IMG/VR virus record: IMGVR_UViG_3300014963_000512 | Length of the DNA: 64,000 nucleotides | Reading direction: 5' to 3' (one strand) | From: a virus | Lineage: Duplodnaviria; Heunggongvirae; Uroviricota; Caudoviricetes | Shown: positions 54,211 to 62,654 of the stretch, in pieces | Numbering within the stretch: the first letter of the stretch is position 1 | Layout: every line of letters starts with the position of its first letter | Notes under the pieces: generated by a model | Database searches by the model: none | The model's input: only the letters and a program-made list of their open reading frames with translations | Told to the model about the DNA's origin: nothing | Position numbers and translations under genes: made by a program

Positions 54211-54885
54211 ATGGGTAAGGTAATTGTGCAGGACTTTACCTGCAAAGAGCCAATCACCATGATTGGAACAGAGGCCGGTGTCTGCTGGGGCGCCGATATT
54301 TCCGACCAGAAGAAGAACTACCGCCGAGGCATTGACTGCCTTGAAAGTGAGCACGGAAGAACTTTTGAGTTCCCCGATGCCTATATGATTCTCGATGGGT
54401 ACTCTGCACGGGTCATTCGTGAGTGGTACACCCACATTGGCGGTTCGCCTACGAGATTGCAGGCAAGCACAAGATATATCGACTATGAGCACGGCTTTGA
54501 TTATGTCGTACCTCCCAGCATCGAAAAGGACAAGGCGGCGTCAGCCGGATACAAGAAGGTCATGACAATTCTCCAAAATGCGCTTACGGCACTGGATGCG
54601 TTTGGCGTCCCCCGTGAGGACACGGCACTGCTGCTGCCGCTGGGAATGACCACTCGTATCGTGTGCAAGCACAACGCCAGAAACCTTATGGATATGTCCC
54701 ACCAGCGGATGTGTTCTCGTGCTTATCATGAGTATCGAAAGCTGTTTGACGATGTGTGCAATGCTCTCCGTGCGTATTCGGAAGAGTGGGCGTACCTGGT
54801 TGACCACTACTTCATACCAAAGTGCGAGTACATGGGCTTCTGCAAGGAGAAAAAGTCCTGCGGTAAGATGCCGCACAAAGAGTGA
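54211..54885 (+). CDS. thyX: ThyX-family (flavin-dependent thymidylate synthase-like) protein with a substituted RHR motif
   Basis: EHGRTFEF...YSARVIREWYTHIGGSPTRLQASTRYI and NARNLMDMSHQRMCSRAYHEYR match the ThyX core. The canonical RHR triad reads THI. Confidence 0.6.
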   Translation: MGKVIVQDFTCKEPITMIGTEAGVCWGADISDQKKNYRRGIDCLESEHGRTFEFPDAYMILDGYSARVIREWYTHIGGSPTRLQASTRYIDYEHGFDYVVPPSIEKDKAASAGYKKVMTILQNALTALDAFGVPREDTALLLPLGMTTRIVCKHNARNLMDMSHQRMCSRAYHEYRKLFDDVCNALRAYSEEWAYLVDHYFIPKCEYMGFCKEKKSCGKMPHKE

Positions 54886-54889
54886 GGCT

Positions 54890-55300
54890 ATGAAAAGCAA
54901 AATACGAAACCCCAAAAAGATGCGTCAGCTTATCGACTTCAAAGGCCTGGAGCTTGAGGGCGGTATCTACCCGACCGACATCGACGGGTTGATTGAGCTG
55001 CGTAATCGTGAATACATAATCCTTGAAGTTAAACACCGTGGCGCCGCTGTCCCTTATGGGCAAAGGCTTGCCATTGAAAGAATGGTGGATGACTTCACAA
55101 CTGTTGGGAAGAGTGCGGTCGCTATCATATGTGAGCACCAAGTCGATGACCCGGACAAACCAGTTGTCGCAGCATACTGTAAAGTAAGGGAAATCTATTA
55201 TGGCAATGAGCATAAGTGGAGGCCACCGGACGATTCCATCAATGTGCGGCAGGCTATCGATTGCTTCTGCCAGTACACAACAAAGAAAAAAGGAGGCTGA
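54890..55300 (+). CDS. hypothetical protein (136 aa)
   Basis: ORF with gagtgagg RBS. Confidence 0.45.
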   Translation: MKSKIRNPKKMRQLIDFKGLELEGGIYPTDIDGLIELRNREYIILEVKHRGAAVPYGQRLAIERMVDDFTTVGKSAVAIICEHQVDDPDKPVVAAYCKVREIYYGNEHKWRPPDDSINVRQAIDCFCQYTTKKKGG

Positions 55301-55304
55301 TGCC

Positions 55305-55862
55305 GTGAAAATTATCGCTATCTCAGGCAAGGCGCAGCATGGGAAGGATACAACAGCCGGGTTTCTGAAATCCGCATTGGAAGCAGACGGCTATAAAGTA
55401 CAGGTCGCCCATTATGCAGACCTACTCAAATACATATGCAAACAGTTTTTTGGATGGAACGGGCAGAAAGACGATGCTGGACGCCATATTCTGCAGTATG
55501 TCGGAACAGATGTCATCCGCACACAGAAACCTGATTTCTGGGTCGATTTCATTATCTCTATGGCAGAACTCTTCCCTGATACATGGGATTATCTGCTCAT
55601 CCCTGACTGCCGATTCCCTAATGAGATTGACCGCATTAAGAGTGCCGGGCTTGATATGGTTCATTTGCGTGTCCTAAGAAAGGATTTCGCCAGTCCGTTG
55701 TCCAAAGAACAGCAGGCACATCCGTCAGAGACTGCGCTTGACAATACAACGCCGGACTACTGGATTATCAATGACGGCACGCTGAAAGACCTGAAAGAGT
55801 ATGTTATTGCGTGGCTCACAGATTACACGGGGTTCCATCAGACGACATTCGATGAGTTATAA
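55305..55862 (+). CDS. P-loop nucleotide kinase (dNMP-kinase-like)
   Basis: Walker A ISGKAQHGKDT. GTG with aaggagg RBS. Confidence 0.6.
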   Translation: MKIIAISGKAQHGKDTTAGFLKSALEADGYKVQVAHYADLLKYICKQFFGWNGQKDDAGRHILQYVGTDVIRTQKPDFWVDFIISMAELFPDTWDYLLIPDCRFPNEIDRIKSAGLDMVHLRVLRKDFASPLSKEQQAHPSETALDNTTPDYWIINDGTLKDLKEYVIAWLTDYTGFHQTTFDEL

Positions 55863-55874
55863 GGGAGGTACGAT

Positions 55875-56585
55875 ATGCGTCATCTGACAATTCTTGTCGA
55901 TATGGACGATACTATTGAAAACCTCGCTGAAGCATGGGTCGCTTGCCTGAATGCACGGCATCAAACCAGTACCGACCTTTCAGATATTACGGATTGGGAT
56001 ATTTCAAAGGCGTTTCCTACCCTCACAAAAGAACAGGTATATGCTCCCTTGCTTGAGGACGCCTTTTGGAACTGGGTCAAACCGATGAAAGGCGCATCGG
56101 AGGCACTGCAAAAGCTAATCGCAGACGGACATACTGTGCTGATTGTAACTACATCGAACTATCAGACGCTGGCGGCTAAAATGGAGCAGGTCTTATTCCG
56201 CTACTTCCCATTCTTGACATGGAATGATGTTATCATCACAGCCCATAAGCAGCTTATCAAGGGAGATGTGCTGATAGATGACGGTATTCACAATCTGGAG
56301 GGTGGTGATTACTTCAAAATCCTCATGACAGCTCCACACAACCGCTATTACGACGCAGATAAAAACGGAATGTACCGTGTCAGCTCGTGGAGTGACGCTT
56401 ATTCCGTCATTCAAGCACTTGCCTGTACTGATTCCATATCACGATGGCGAGATGACCCGGTTGCTTTTGCCGAAGAAGTCCTGCATATCCAGCTAAAGCC
56501 GTATCAGCGGCTTGCCTTAAGACTCAAAGGAGGTTTGAACCGCATTGAAAATCATTCTGTATTCAACCGGCTGTCCCAAGTGTAA
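55875..56585 (+). CDS. HAD-family 5'(3')-deoxyribonucleotidase
   Basis: DxDxT motif LVDMDDT. Lys/Asp motifs KGDVLIDD. Confidence 0.7.
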   Translation: MRHLTILVDMDDTIENLAEAWVACLNARHQTSTDLSDITDWDISKAFPTLTKEQVYAPLLEDAFWNWVKPMKGASEALQKLIADGHTVLIVTTSNYQTLAAKMEQVLFRYFPFLTWNDVIITAHKQLIKGDVLIDDGIHNLEGGDYFKILMTAPHNRYYDADKNGMYRVSSWSDAYSVIQALACTDSISRWRDDPVAFAEEVLHIQLKPYQRLALRLKGGLNRIENHSVFNRLSQV

Positions 56586-56745
56586 GGTGCTCAAGCATAA
56601 GTTAGAAGAAAAGGGTATTGCGTACACAGAAAACAACACTGTGGACGAAATGCTGTCGCTCGGAATCGTACAAGTTCCTGTTCTCAGTGTGGATGGAGAA
56701 CTTCTTGACTTCCAAACAGCAAACCAATGGGTTAATCAACATTAA
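56545..56745 (+). CDS. nrdH: NrdH-like glutaredoxin
   Basis: CPKC redox motif. TTG start overlapping the nucleotidase gene by 41 nt. Confidence 0.65.
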   Translation: MKIILYSTGCPKCKVLKHKLEEKGIAYTENNTVDEMLSLGIVQVPVLSVDGELLDFQTANQWVNQH

Positions 56746-56765
56746 AAGAAGGGGGACAGGAGCAA

Positions 56766-58682
56766 ATGAACATTCCACTCAAAATGAACCGAGACTTTGA
56801 AAAGGCAATGGCAGCTCTCAATGAGCGATATGGTGAGGATTTCGAGTTTCTCAACGGATTCCATGAAACCCAGTTGAACTTCTCTGATTTCATCGATGGT
56901 TTTATCGATAAAAATGTGGCCGATGTGACCATTGATGCCAATGCAAATGCCTCTAATAAGGATATTCGCAGTCTCTTGAATGAAAAAGGAAAATCCCACG
57001 ACAAGCTATTCGCTTTCAACAAGATTTTCTATGAGATGAAGAAGAGGTATAACCTCCGTACAGCAAAAGAATGGCTGGAAACAGAGTATAACGGCGGCTT
57101 TTATCTGCATGATGCCTCGACTTCCACCTATTTGCCGTATTGCTATGCCTATGACCTGTCCAGATTGGCGACTGAGGGGCTTTTCTTCCTGAAAAACTAC
57201 AACAATCAGGCACCCAAGCACCTCACTACCTTCATGGATGATGTAATTGAGTATATCAGCTACATGAGCAACCGCAGCTCAGGTGCTGTGGGCATCCCCA
57301 ATGTCCTGATTTGGACATATTACTTCTGGAAAAAAGACTGCGAAAGCGGTCACATTATCAAAGACCCGGAGTATTACATCAAACAGTGCTTCCAGAAGTT
57401 CATTTACCGCCTTAATCAGCCGTTCATGCGCATCGACCAGACCGCATTTGTCAATGTGTCTATCTTTGACCGCAATTATATCGAGGCTCTGTTCGGCGGC
57501 GTACAGTATCCGGACGGCAGCTATGTCATTGATTGTGTGGAAGAGCTGATTGAACACCAGAAACTCTTCATGGAGGTCGTTTCACAAATCCGAAGCGAGA
57601 ATATGTTCACCTTCCCTGTGCTGACTTACAGCCTTTTGTACCGTGATGGGAAGTTTGTGGATGAGGACTTCGCCAGATGGTGCAGCGACCACAATACCAC
57701 ATGGAATGACAGCAACTTCTTCATCAGCGGTGATGTAAATACGCTTTCCAACTGTTGCCGCTTGCTGTCTGATACCTCAAAGCTTAATGCTTTTATCAAC
57801 TCCATCGGTGGCACGGCGCTTTCCATCGGCTCAGTCAAGGTCAATACCATCAACCTGATGCGGATTGCATTGGAAACAGAATGCGATGAGAAAAAGTATT
57901 TGACCCTTCTTAAAAAGCGTGCGCTTCTCTGCTGTAAAACCCTTGATACCGTGCGGCATATTATCCGCCGGAACATCGAAAAGGGTCTGTTGCCCAATTA
58001 TCAGGAGGGCGCAGTGGAGATGGACAAGCAGTATTGTACGATGGGTATCCTCGGTTTGTATGAGGTAATCGAAGCTTTCGGCTATACCAAGACAGATGAG
58101 TTTGGTTATATCAGCTATACCGATGAGGGCGTTGCTTTCGCAAGCAAAATCTTTGAGGTGCTCAACGAAGTCAAGGATAACTTCACCAATGAATACTCCT
58201 TCAACATCGAAAGCGTTCCTGCAGAGCGTGCCGCTGTTATCCTGTGTCAGAAAGACAATGTCCTGTATGACCACAACGATAAATTCATCTACTCCAATCA
58301 GTGGATTCCTCTGTCGGCCAAATGCACCATTCAGGAAAAACTGCGGCTGTGCTCTATTCTGGATGAGAAGTGTTCCGGCGGTAGTATCGCCCACATCAAT
58401 CTGGAGTCGAATTTCCCCAATACGGATATGGCATGGGAGATGCTCAACAAGATTGCACGGTCAGGCGTTATCTACTTTGCATTTAACACCCGCATCAACG
58501 AATGCAAGCATCATCACGGTTTCGTAGGCACAGACCATTGTCCGGTGTGCGGTGAACCTGTATTCGATACATATCAGCGCATCGTTGGCTATCTTGTCCC
58601 GTCACGCGCTTATTCCAAAGACCGTTTCCGCGAGTTCAACACAAGACAGTGGTACACCTATGCGGAGGCAATGAGCGAATGA
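56766..58682 (+). CDS. nrdD: anaerobic ribonucleoside-triphosphate reductase NrdD (class III)
   Basis: Glycyl-radical motif RIVGYLVP and C-terminal Zn ribbon CKHHHGFVGTDHCPVCG. 638 aa. Confidence 0.9.
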   Translation: MNIPLKMNRDFEKAMAALNERYGEDFEFLNGFHETQLNFSDFIDGFIDKNVADVTIDANANASNKDIRSLLNEKGKSHDKLFAFNKIFYEMKKRYNLRTAKEWLETEYNGGFYLHDASTSTYLPYCYAYDLSRLATEGLFFLKNYNNQAPKHLTTFMDDVIEYISYMSNRSSGAVGIPNVLIWTYYFWKKDCESGHIIKDPEYYIKQCFQKFIYRLNQPFMRIDQTAFVNVSIFDRNYIEALFGGVQYPDGSYVIDCVEELIEHQKLFMEVVSQIRSENMFTFPVLTYSLLYRDGKFVDEDFARWCSDHNTTWNDSNFFISGDVNTLSNCCRLLSDTSKLNAFINSIGGTALSIGSVKVNTINLMRIALETECDEKKYLTLLKKRALLCCKTLDTVRHIIRRNIEKGLLPNYQEGAVEMDKQYCTMGILGLYEVIEAFGYTKTDEFGYISYTDEGVAFASKIFEVLNEVKDNFTNEYSFNIESVPAERAAVILCQKDNVLYDHNDKFIYSNQWIPLSAKCTIQEKLRLCSILDEKCSGGSIAHINLESNFPNTDMAWEMLNKIARSGVIYFAFNTRINECKHHHGFVGTDHCPVCGEPVFDTYQRIVGYLVPSRAYSKDRFREFNTRQWYTYAEAMSE

Positions 58683-59209
58683 GGGTAAAGACGGTAGTTG
58701 ATGAGGACTTCACCAATTATAAGAAACCGGCCATGTTCATTGGCACGATTTCCTGTGGGGGCAAGTGCTGTATCGAAGCTGGTATTCCTCTCTCTGTTTG
58801 TCAAAATGATGGGTGGCGCTCTTGCGCCCCCATTACGATTGACGATAATGAGCTCTGCCATCGGTATTTGACAAATCCCCTCACCAAAGCGGTTGTCTTC
58901 GGTGGGCTTGAACCGATGGAACAGTTTGAGGAACTTCTCACATTTCTGGATTTGTTTCGTGACACCTATGACTGCGAAGATGATGTCGTCATCTATACCG
59001 GTTATTATCCCGAAGAAATCCCAGACCAGCTTCATACCCTTTCTCTTTACGAAAATGTCTTCGTAAAGTTCGGACGCTATATCCCGAACAAGCCACACCG
59101 TTTTGACCCTGTGCTTGGCGTAGAGCTTGCCTCGGACAATCAGTATGCGGCCAATGTTTTCTGGCCGTTCTGGAGGAACAACGAATATGCAAATCAACAT
59201 CAACCCTGA
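58679..59209 (+). CDS. nrdG: anaerobic RNR activating protein NrdG-like (radical SAM)
   Basis: Cys cluster SCGGKCC and FGGLEP motif. ATGA overlap with nrdD. Confidence 0.7.
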   Translation: MRVKTVVDEDFTNYKKPAMFIGTISCGGKCCIEAGIPLSVCQNDGWRSCAPITIDDNELCHRYLTNPLTKAVVFGGLEPMEQFEELLTFLDLFRDTYDCEDDVVIYTGYYPEEIPDQLHTLSLYENVFVKFGRYIPNKPHRFDPVLGVELASDNQYAANVFWPFWRNNEYANQHQP

Positions 59210-59459
59210 TAAAGACTTTGTTGCACATATGCGCAAGGCGCTTAAAGACAACAATGGGTTTTGCCCGTGCGCTATTGTGAGAAGCGAAGATACCAAGTGT
59301 ATGTGTAAAGAGTTCCGTGAGATGGAGGAAGGAACCTGCCATTGCGGACTGTACATCAAGATTAAGGATAAGCCCGCCGCTGAAAATGCAGACCACTGTA
59401 TTTGCTGTGGTGCAGTAATTCCAGAGGGCAGAATGGTCTGTCCAAACTGTGGTGAATAA
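59187..59459 (+). CDS. small Cys-rich protein (90 aa)
   Basis: Motifs CPC..C.C..CHC..CICCG..CPNCG. Confidence 0.45.
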   Translation: MQININPDKDFVAHMRKALKDNNGFCPCAIVRSEDTKCMCKEFREMEEGTCHCGLYIKIKDKPAAENADHCICCGAVIPEGRMVCPNCGE

Positions 59460-59473
59460 CTGGGAGGTACTAA

Positions 59474-60676
59474 TTGGAGTCAAAAGTTTTTGACCTTATT
59501 GCAAAAGAACAGCACCGACAGGATGCGACTATCGAACTGATAGCCAGCGAGAACTTCGTAAGTGAAAACATCATGCGAGCAGTCGGTTCCTGCCTGACCA
59601 ACAAGTATTCAGAGGGATACCCCGCTACGCATCGCTCAGGAAACCGTGGCAGATACTATGGTGGATGCCAGTATGTAGACGAGCTGGAGGAATACTGCTG
59701 CGAAATGTGGCAGAAGGTGTTCCAGACTGACTATCATGTCAATGTGCAGCCGCACAGCGGCACGAATGCAAATATTGCGGCATATTTGTCCGTACTGAAA
59801 CCAGGAGATACTGTTCTTTCTATGAGCCTTGATAACGGCGGGCATTTGTCCCACGGCTCTCCGGTGAATATCAGTGGTAAGATTTTCAATTTCATCCACT
59901 ATGGAGCAAACAAATCCGGGTGGATTGATACAAACGATTTCATCGACAAGCTTTATAAGTTCAATCCAAAGCTTGTAGTCATTGGGGCTTCTGCATATAG
60001 CCGTACCCTGTACTTTGACACCTTCAGAAATGTTATCGACTGCTATAGAGGGCAGACAGGAAACGAGTGCTATATGCTGGTGGATATGGCACATATCGCA
60101 GGACTTGTAGCGGCTGGCGACCATCCGTCCCCATTCGGGCTTGCTGACATCATTACTACCACGACACACAAAACTCTGCGAGGCACAAGGGGCGGTTTGA
60201 TTTTCTGCAAACCGGAGCTTGCCAAGCGCATCGACAGCGCAGTCTTCCCCTGCTGTCAGGGCGGGGCGTTGCAGCATATCATCGCTGGTAAAGCGGTAAC
60301 AGCCGAGGAGGCTTGCACAGACAAGTTCAAGAACTACATCCACGCCGTTGTGCGTAACTGTAAGGCGATGTGCGATGCATTTATTTCGATGGGCTACAAT
60401 GTCGTTACAGGTGGTACAGACAATCATCTGTTCCTGCTTGACCTGACGGAAACAGGGTTGACCGGCAAAGCGGTACAGGACGAATTGGACAAGCATGGCA
60501 TTACCCTTAACAAGAACTGTGTTCCCAATGAAACTCGTTCTCCGCAGCAGACTTCCGGCGTTCGTATCGGAACGGCAGCTATGACGACTAAGGGCTATAC
60601 CGCCGAAGACTTTGTCAGCGTCGCTCACATCATTGACAACATTATCAAATCCATGCAGGAGGAACTACATGACTAA
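59474..60676 (+). CDS. glyA: serine hydroxymethyltransferase
   Basis: Motifs ELIASENF, YYGGCQ and PLP motif TTTTHKTLRGTRGG. Confidence 0.9.
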   Translation: MESKVFDLIAKEQHRQDATIELIASENFVSENIMRAVGSCLTNKYSEGYPATHRSGNRGRYYGGCQYVDELEEYCCEMWQKVFQTDYHVNVQPHSGTNANIAAYLSVLKPGDTVLSMSLDNGGHLSHGSPVNISGKIFNFIHYGANKSGWIDTNDFIDKLYKFNPKLVVIGASAYSRTLYFDTFRNVIDCYRGQTGNECYMLVDMAHIAGLVAAGDHPSPFGLADIITTTTHKTLRGTRGGLIFCKPELAKRIDSAVFPCCQGGALQHIIAGKAVTAEEACTDKFKNYIHAVVRNCKAMCDAFISMGYNVVTGGTDNHLFLLDLTETGLTGKAVQDELDKHGITLNKNCVPNETRSPQQTSGVRIGTAAMTTKGYTAEDFVSVAHIIDNIIKSMQEELHD

Positions 60677-60977
60677 GAAAATCATTACTACATATACCGA
60701 GTACGATGAAGACGGCAAAATCAAAAGCCAGAGCGTCACAGAAACCCCTTACCCCGAAGACGACTGCGACCTTGATTGCGAATGCTGCGACGGTGCAGAG
60801 GCGGATGAAGACGATGATGATGCCGTATATCAGCTGACACCCAAAGGCATTGCGTGTCTGGCACTGCTTCGCACCGGTCTTGTTGAGTCTATTGAAGACC
60901 CTCGAATTGATGGGTTCTGGGAGCTTTTCCAGGCAGACATGGACGCACTTGGTTACACGCAGGAGGTTGAAGAATGA
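60669..60977 (+). CDS. hypothetical acidic Cys-containing protein (102 aa)
   Basis: caggaggaactacATG. Confidence 0.45.
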   Translation: MTKKIITTYTEYDEDGKIKSQSVTETPYPEDDCDLDCECCDGAEADEDDDDAVYQLTPKGIACLALLRTGLVESIEDPRIDGFWELFQADMDALGYTQEVEE

Positions 60978-61510
60978 ACAGAGTCGGTGAGTTTGAAAAA
61001 GTCAGCTTCGAGCAGTACTACGAAGCTATCAAAGATGAATTTTATAAAGAGCAGGAAATGACTCCTGCCCTGAAAGAGAACATCAAGAAGTCGTGGGAGG
61101 CTCTCCAGCTTCCGTCCAGAGCCACATCCGGTTCCGCCGGTTATGACTTCAAAGCACCGTTCTCCTTCTCACTGGATGCCGGTGATACCATCAAAATCCC
61201 CACCGGCATTCGGGTTAAGGTCGATGAGGGCTGGTGGCTTGGCTGTCTGCCTCGCAGCGGCCTTGGCTTCAAGTACCGCCTGCAACTGGATAACACGATG
61301 GGCGTGATTGACAGCGACTATTACTACTCAGATAACGAGGGGCACATCTTCGCTAAAATCACGAACGACAATCATACAGGCAAAACACTTACCGTAGAGG
61401 CCGGTAGCGGCTTCCTACAGGCGATTTTCATCCCTTATGGGGTAACATACTCCGACGATGCAACAGGCGTCAGAAACGGCGGTATGGGCTCTACAGACAG
61501 CAAATCATAA
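60974..61510 (+). CDS. dut: dUTP diphosphatase
   Basis: dUTPase motifs SGSAGYD, PRSGLG, GVIDSDY and RNGGMGSTD. Confidence 0.85.
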   Translation: MNRVGEFEKVSFEQYYEAIKDEFYKEQEMTPALKENIKKSWEALQLPSRATSGSAGYDFKAPFSFSLDAGDTIKIPTGIRVKVDEGWWLGCLPRSGLGFKYRLQLDNTMGVIDSDYYYSDNEGHIFAKITNDNHTGKTLTVEAGSGFLQAIFIPYGVTYSDDATGVRNGGMGSTDSKS

Positions 61511-61607
61511 CGAAACCCTGCATTGCAGTGTAATGATTTCGTTCAATAGTTTTCGGTAGAGACAGCGTCTCACGACCGAAGAAATATACATAGAAAGGGA
61601 AAAGACT

Positions 61608-62381
61608 ATGAAACGAATTTTCTCACTGCTTCTGGTTGTTGTACTTGTATTTGGTACAACATCCGTTTATGCCCTCTCTTGGACTTCCACCTCAGAACCA
61701 TGCAAGACATACACAATCAACATCGTAAAATACGAGTTGATTCCCGGCGATGTCGGCAATAGCTTCCGGGTAAATCCGAATACTACTGCACGCAAAGGTG
61801 AATACGCCTACTACAGTATTGAGGTGTACAATGCCGACAATCAAAAGGTAGACCCCGGCAAACTTATTGTGACCGATATGGCCGCACCAACAAACCTGGA
61901 CAACGGCTTGTATGCAGCTCTTGTTACCGGAAGCCGTCCGATGCTTACATATAGCATCGAAGAAAAAACATCACTTCAGGAGCTACATTACAACAATATG
62001 CCAATTACCATCAGTGGTGATACCGTTACAATCGGTAAATTGGTGTTTACGCGGTCAGCGTCCGGAGTAGTAACAGATGTGCATTTTGATGGCAACATTC
62101 TGGAACTGACAAAAGAGTTGACTGCGCTCAATATGACACCGGAAGATGTCTACAATGGTAAGGTCTGCATGAGCAACGATGTGTTAATTCAGAACTTCGG
62201 GATGATATGCAAGCAAACCGCAACATCCAAATGGTATAACGACGCAGATGCTATAAAAAACATTACCATCCCGAAAACAGGAGATGCACCGTTAAATGCT
62301 TTGTTTGTTGCATTGGTAACATTGGTGACAACGGGCGCGGCGATATGCTTCAGCTGTCGCTTCAAACAGAAAAAGGATTAA
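61608..62381 (+). CDS. LPxTG-type (IPKTG) sortase-anchored surface protein
   Basis: Signal peptide MKRIFSLLLVVVLVFGTTSVYA. C-terminal IPKTGD plus hydrophobic segment plus RFKQKKD. Confidence 0.7.
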   Translation: MKRIFSLLLVVVLVFGTTSVYALSWTSTSEPCKTYTINIVKYELIPGDVGNSFRVNPNTTARKGEYAYYSIEVYNADNQKVDPGKLIVTDMAAPTNLDNGLYAALVTGSRPMLTYSIEEKTSLQELHYNNMPITISGDTVTIGKLVFTRSASGVVTDVHFDGNILELTKELTALNMTPEDVYNGKVCMSNDVLIQNFGMICKQTATSKWYNDADAIKNITIPKTGDAPLNALFVALVTLVTTGAAICFSCRFKQKKD

Positions 62382-62406
62382 GACCCTGAGTACTTCATGT
62401 AGAGAT

Positions 62407-62442
62407 GGGGCTGGTGATAATAAGCCAGCCCCATTATTTTTT
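62407..62442 (+). terminator. rho-independent terminator
   Basis: ggggctgg-tgataataag-ccagcccc followed by attatttttt. Confidence 0.7.
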
Positions 62443-62457
62443 ACGCCAACAAGGAGG

Positions 62458-62640
62458 TTGGTCATCATAGCCACAAAGAAATATACCGAAGAAAAAGTCA
62501 ACGCCGTATATGACGGCGATATTTATACCATCATTAACCTCACGCCAGTTATACATAAAGACGACAGACAGGAACAGAAAAATGAAATTGAAAAAACCCT
62601 GTACACCGTCTTTAGCAAGTACACACCGAAAAAGAAATAA
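62458..62640 (+). CDS. small hypothetical protein (60 aa)
   Basis: ORF between the terminator and the integrase gene. Confidence 0.3.
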   Translation: MVIIATKKYTEEKVNAVYDGDIYTIINLTPVIHKDDRQEQKNEIEKTLYTVFSKYTPKKK

Positions 62641-62654
62641 GACGGAGGATACCG

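Noticed and set aside
601-60628. Long minus-strand ORFs in the six-frame track (for example 601-1419, 3515-4222, 11056-12222, 12050-12814, 19553-20239, 25134-25757, 26471-26983, 38628-39428, 53337-54260, 59636-60628)
   Set aside because: Each lies antisense to a well-supported + strand gene with motifs and an RBS. They lack Shine-Dalgarno sites and have repeat-like, low-complexity translations. Treated as shadow ORFs.
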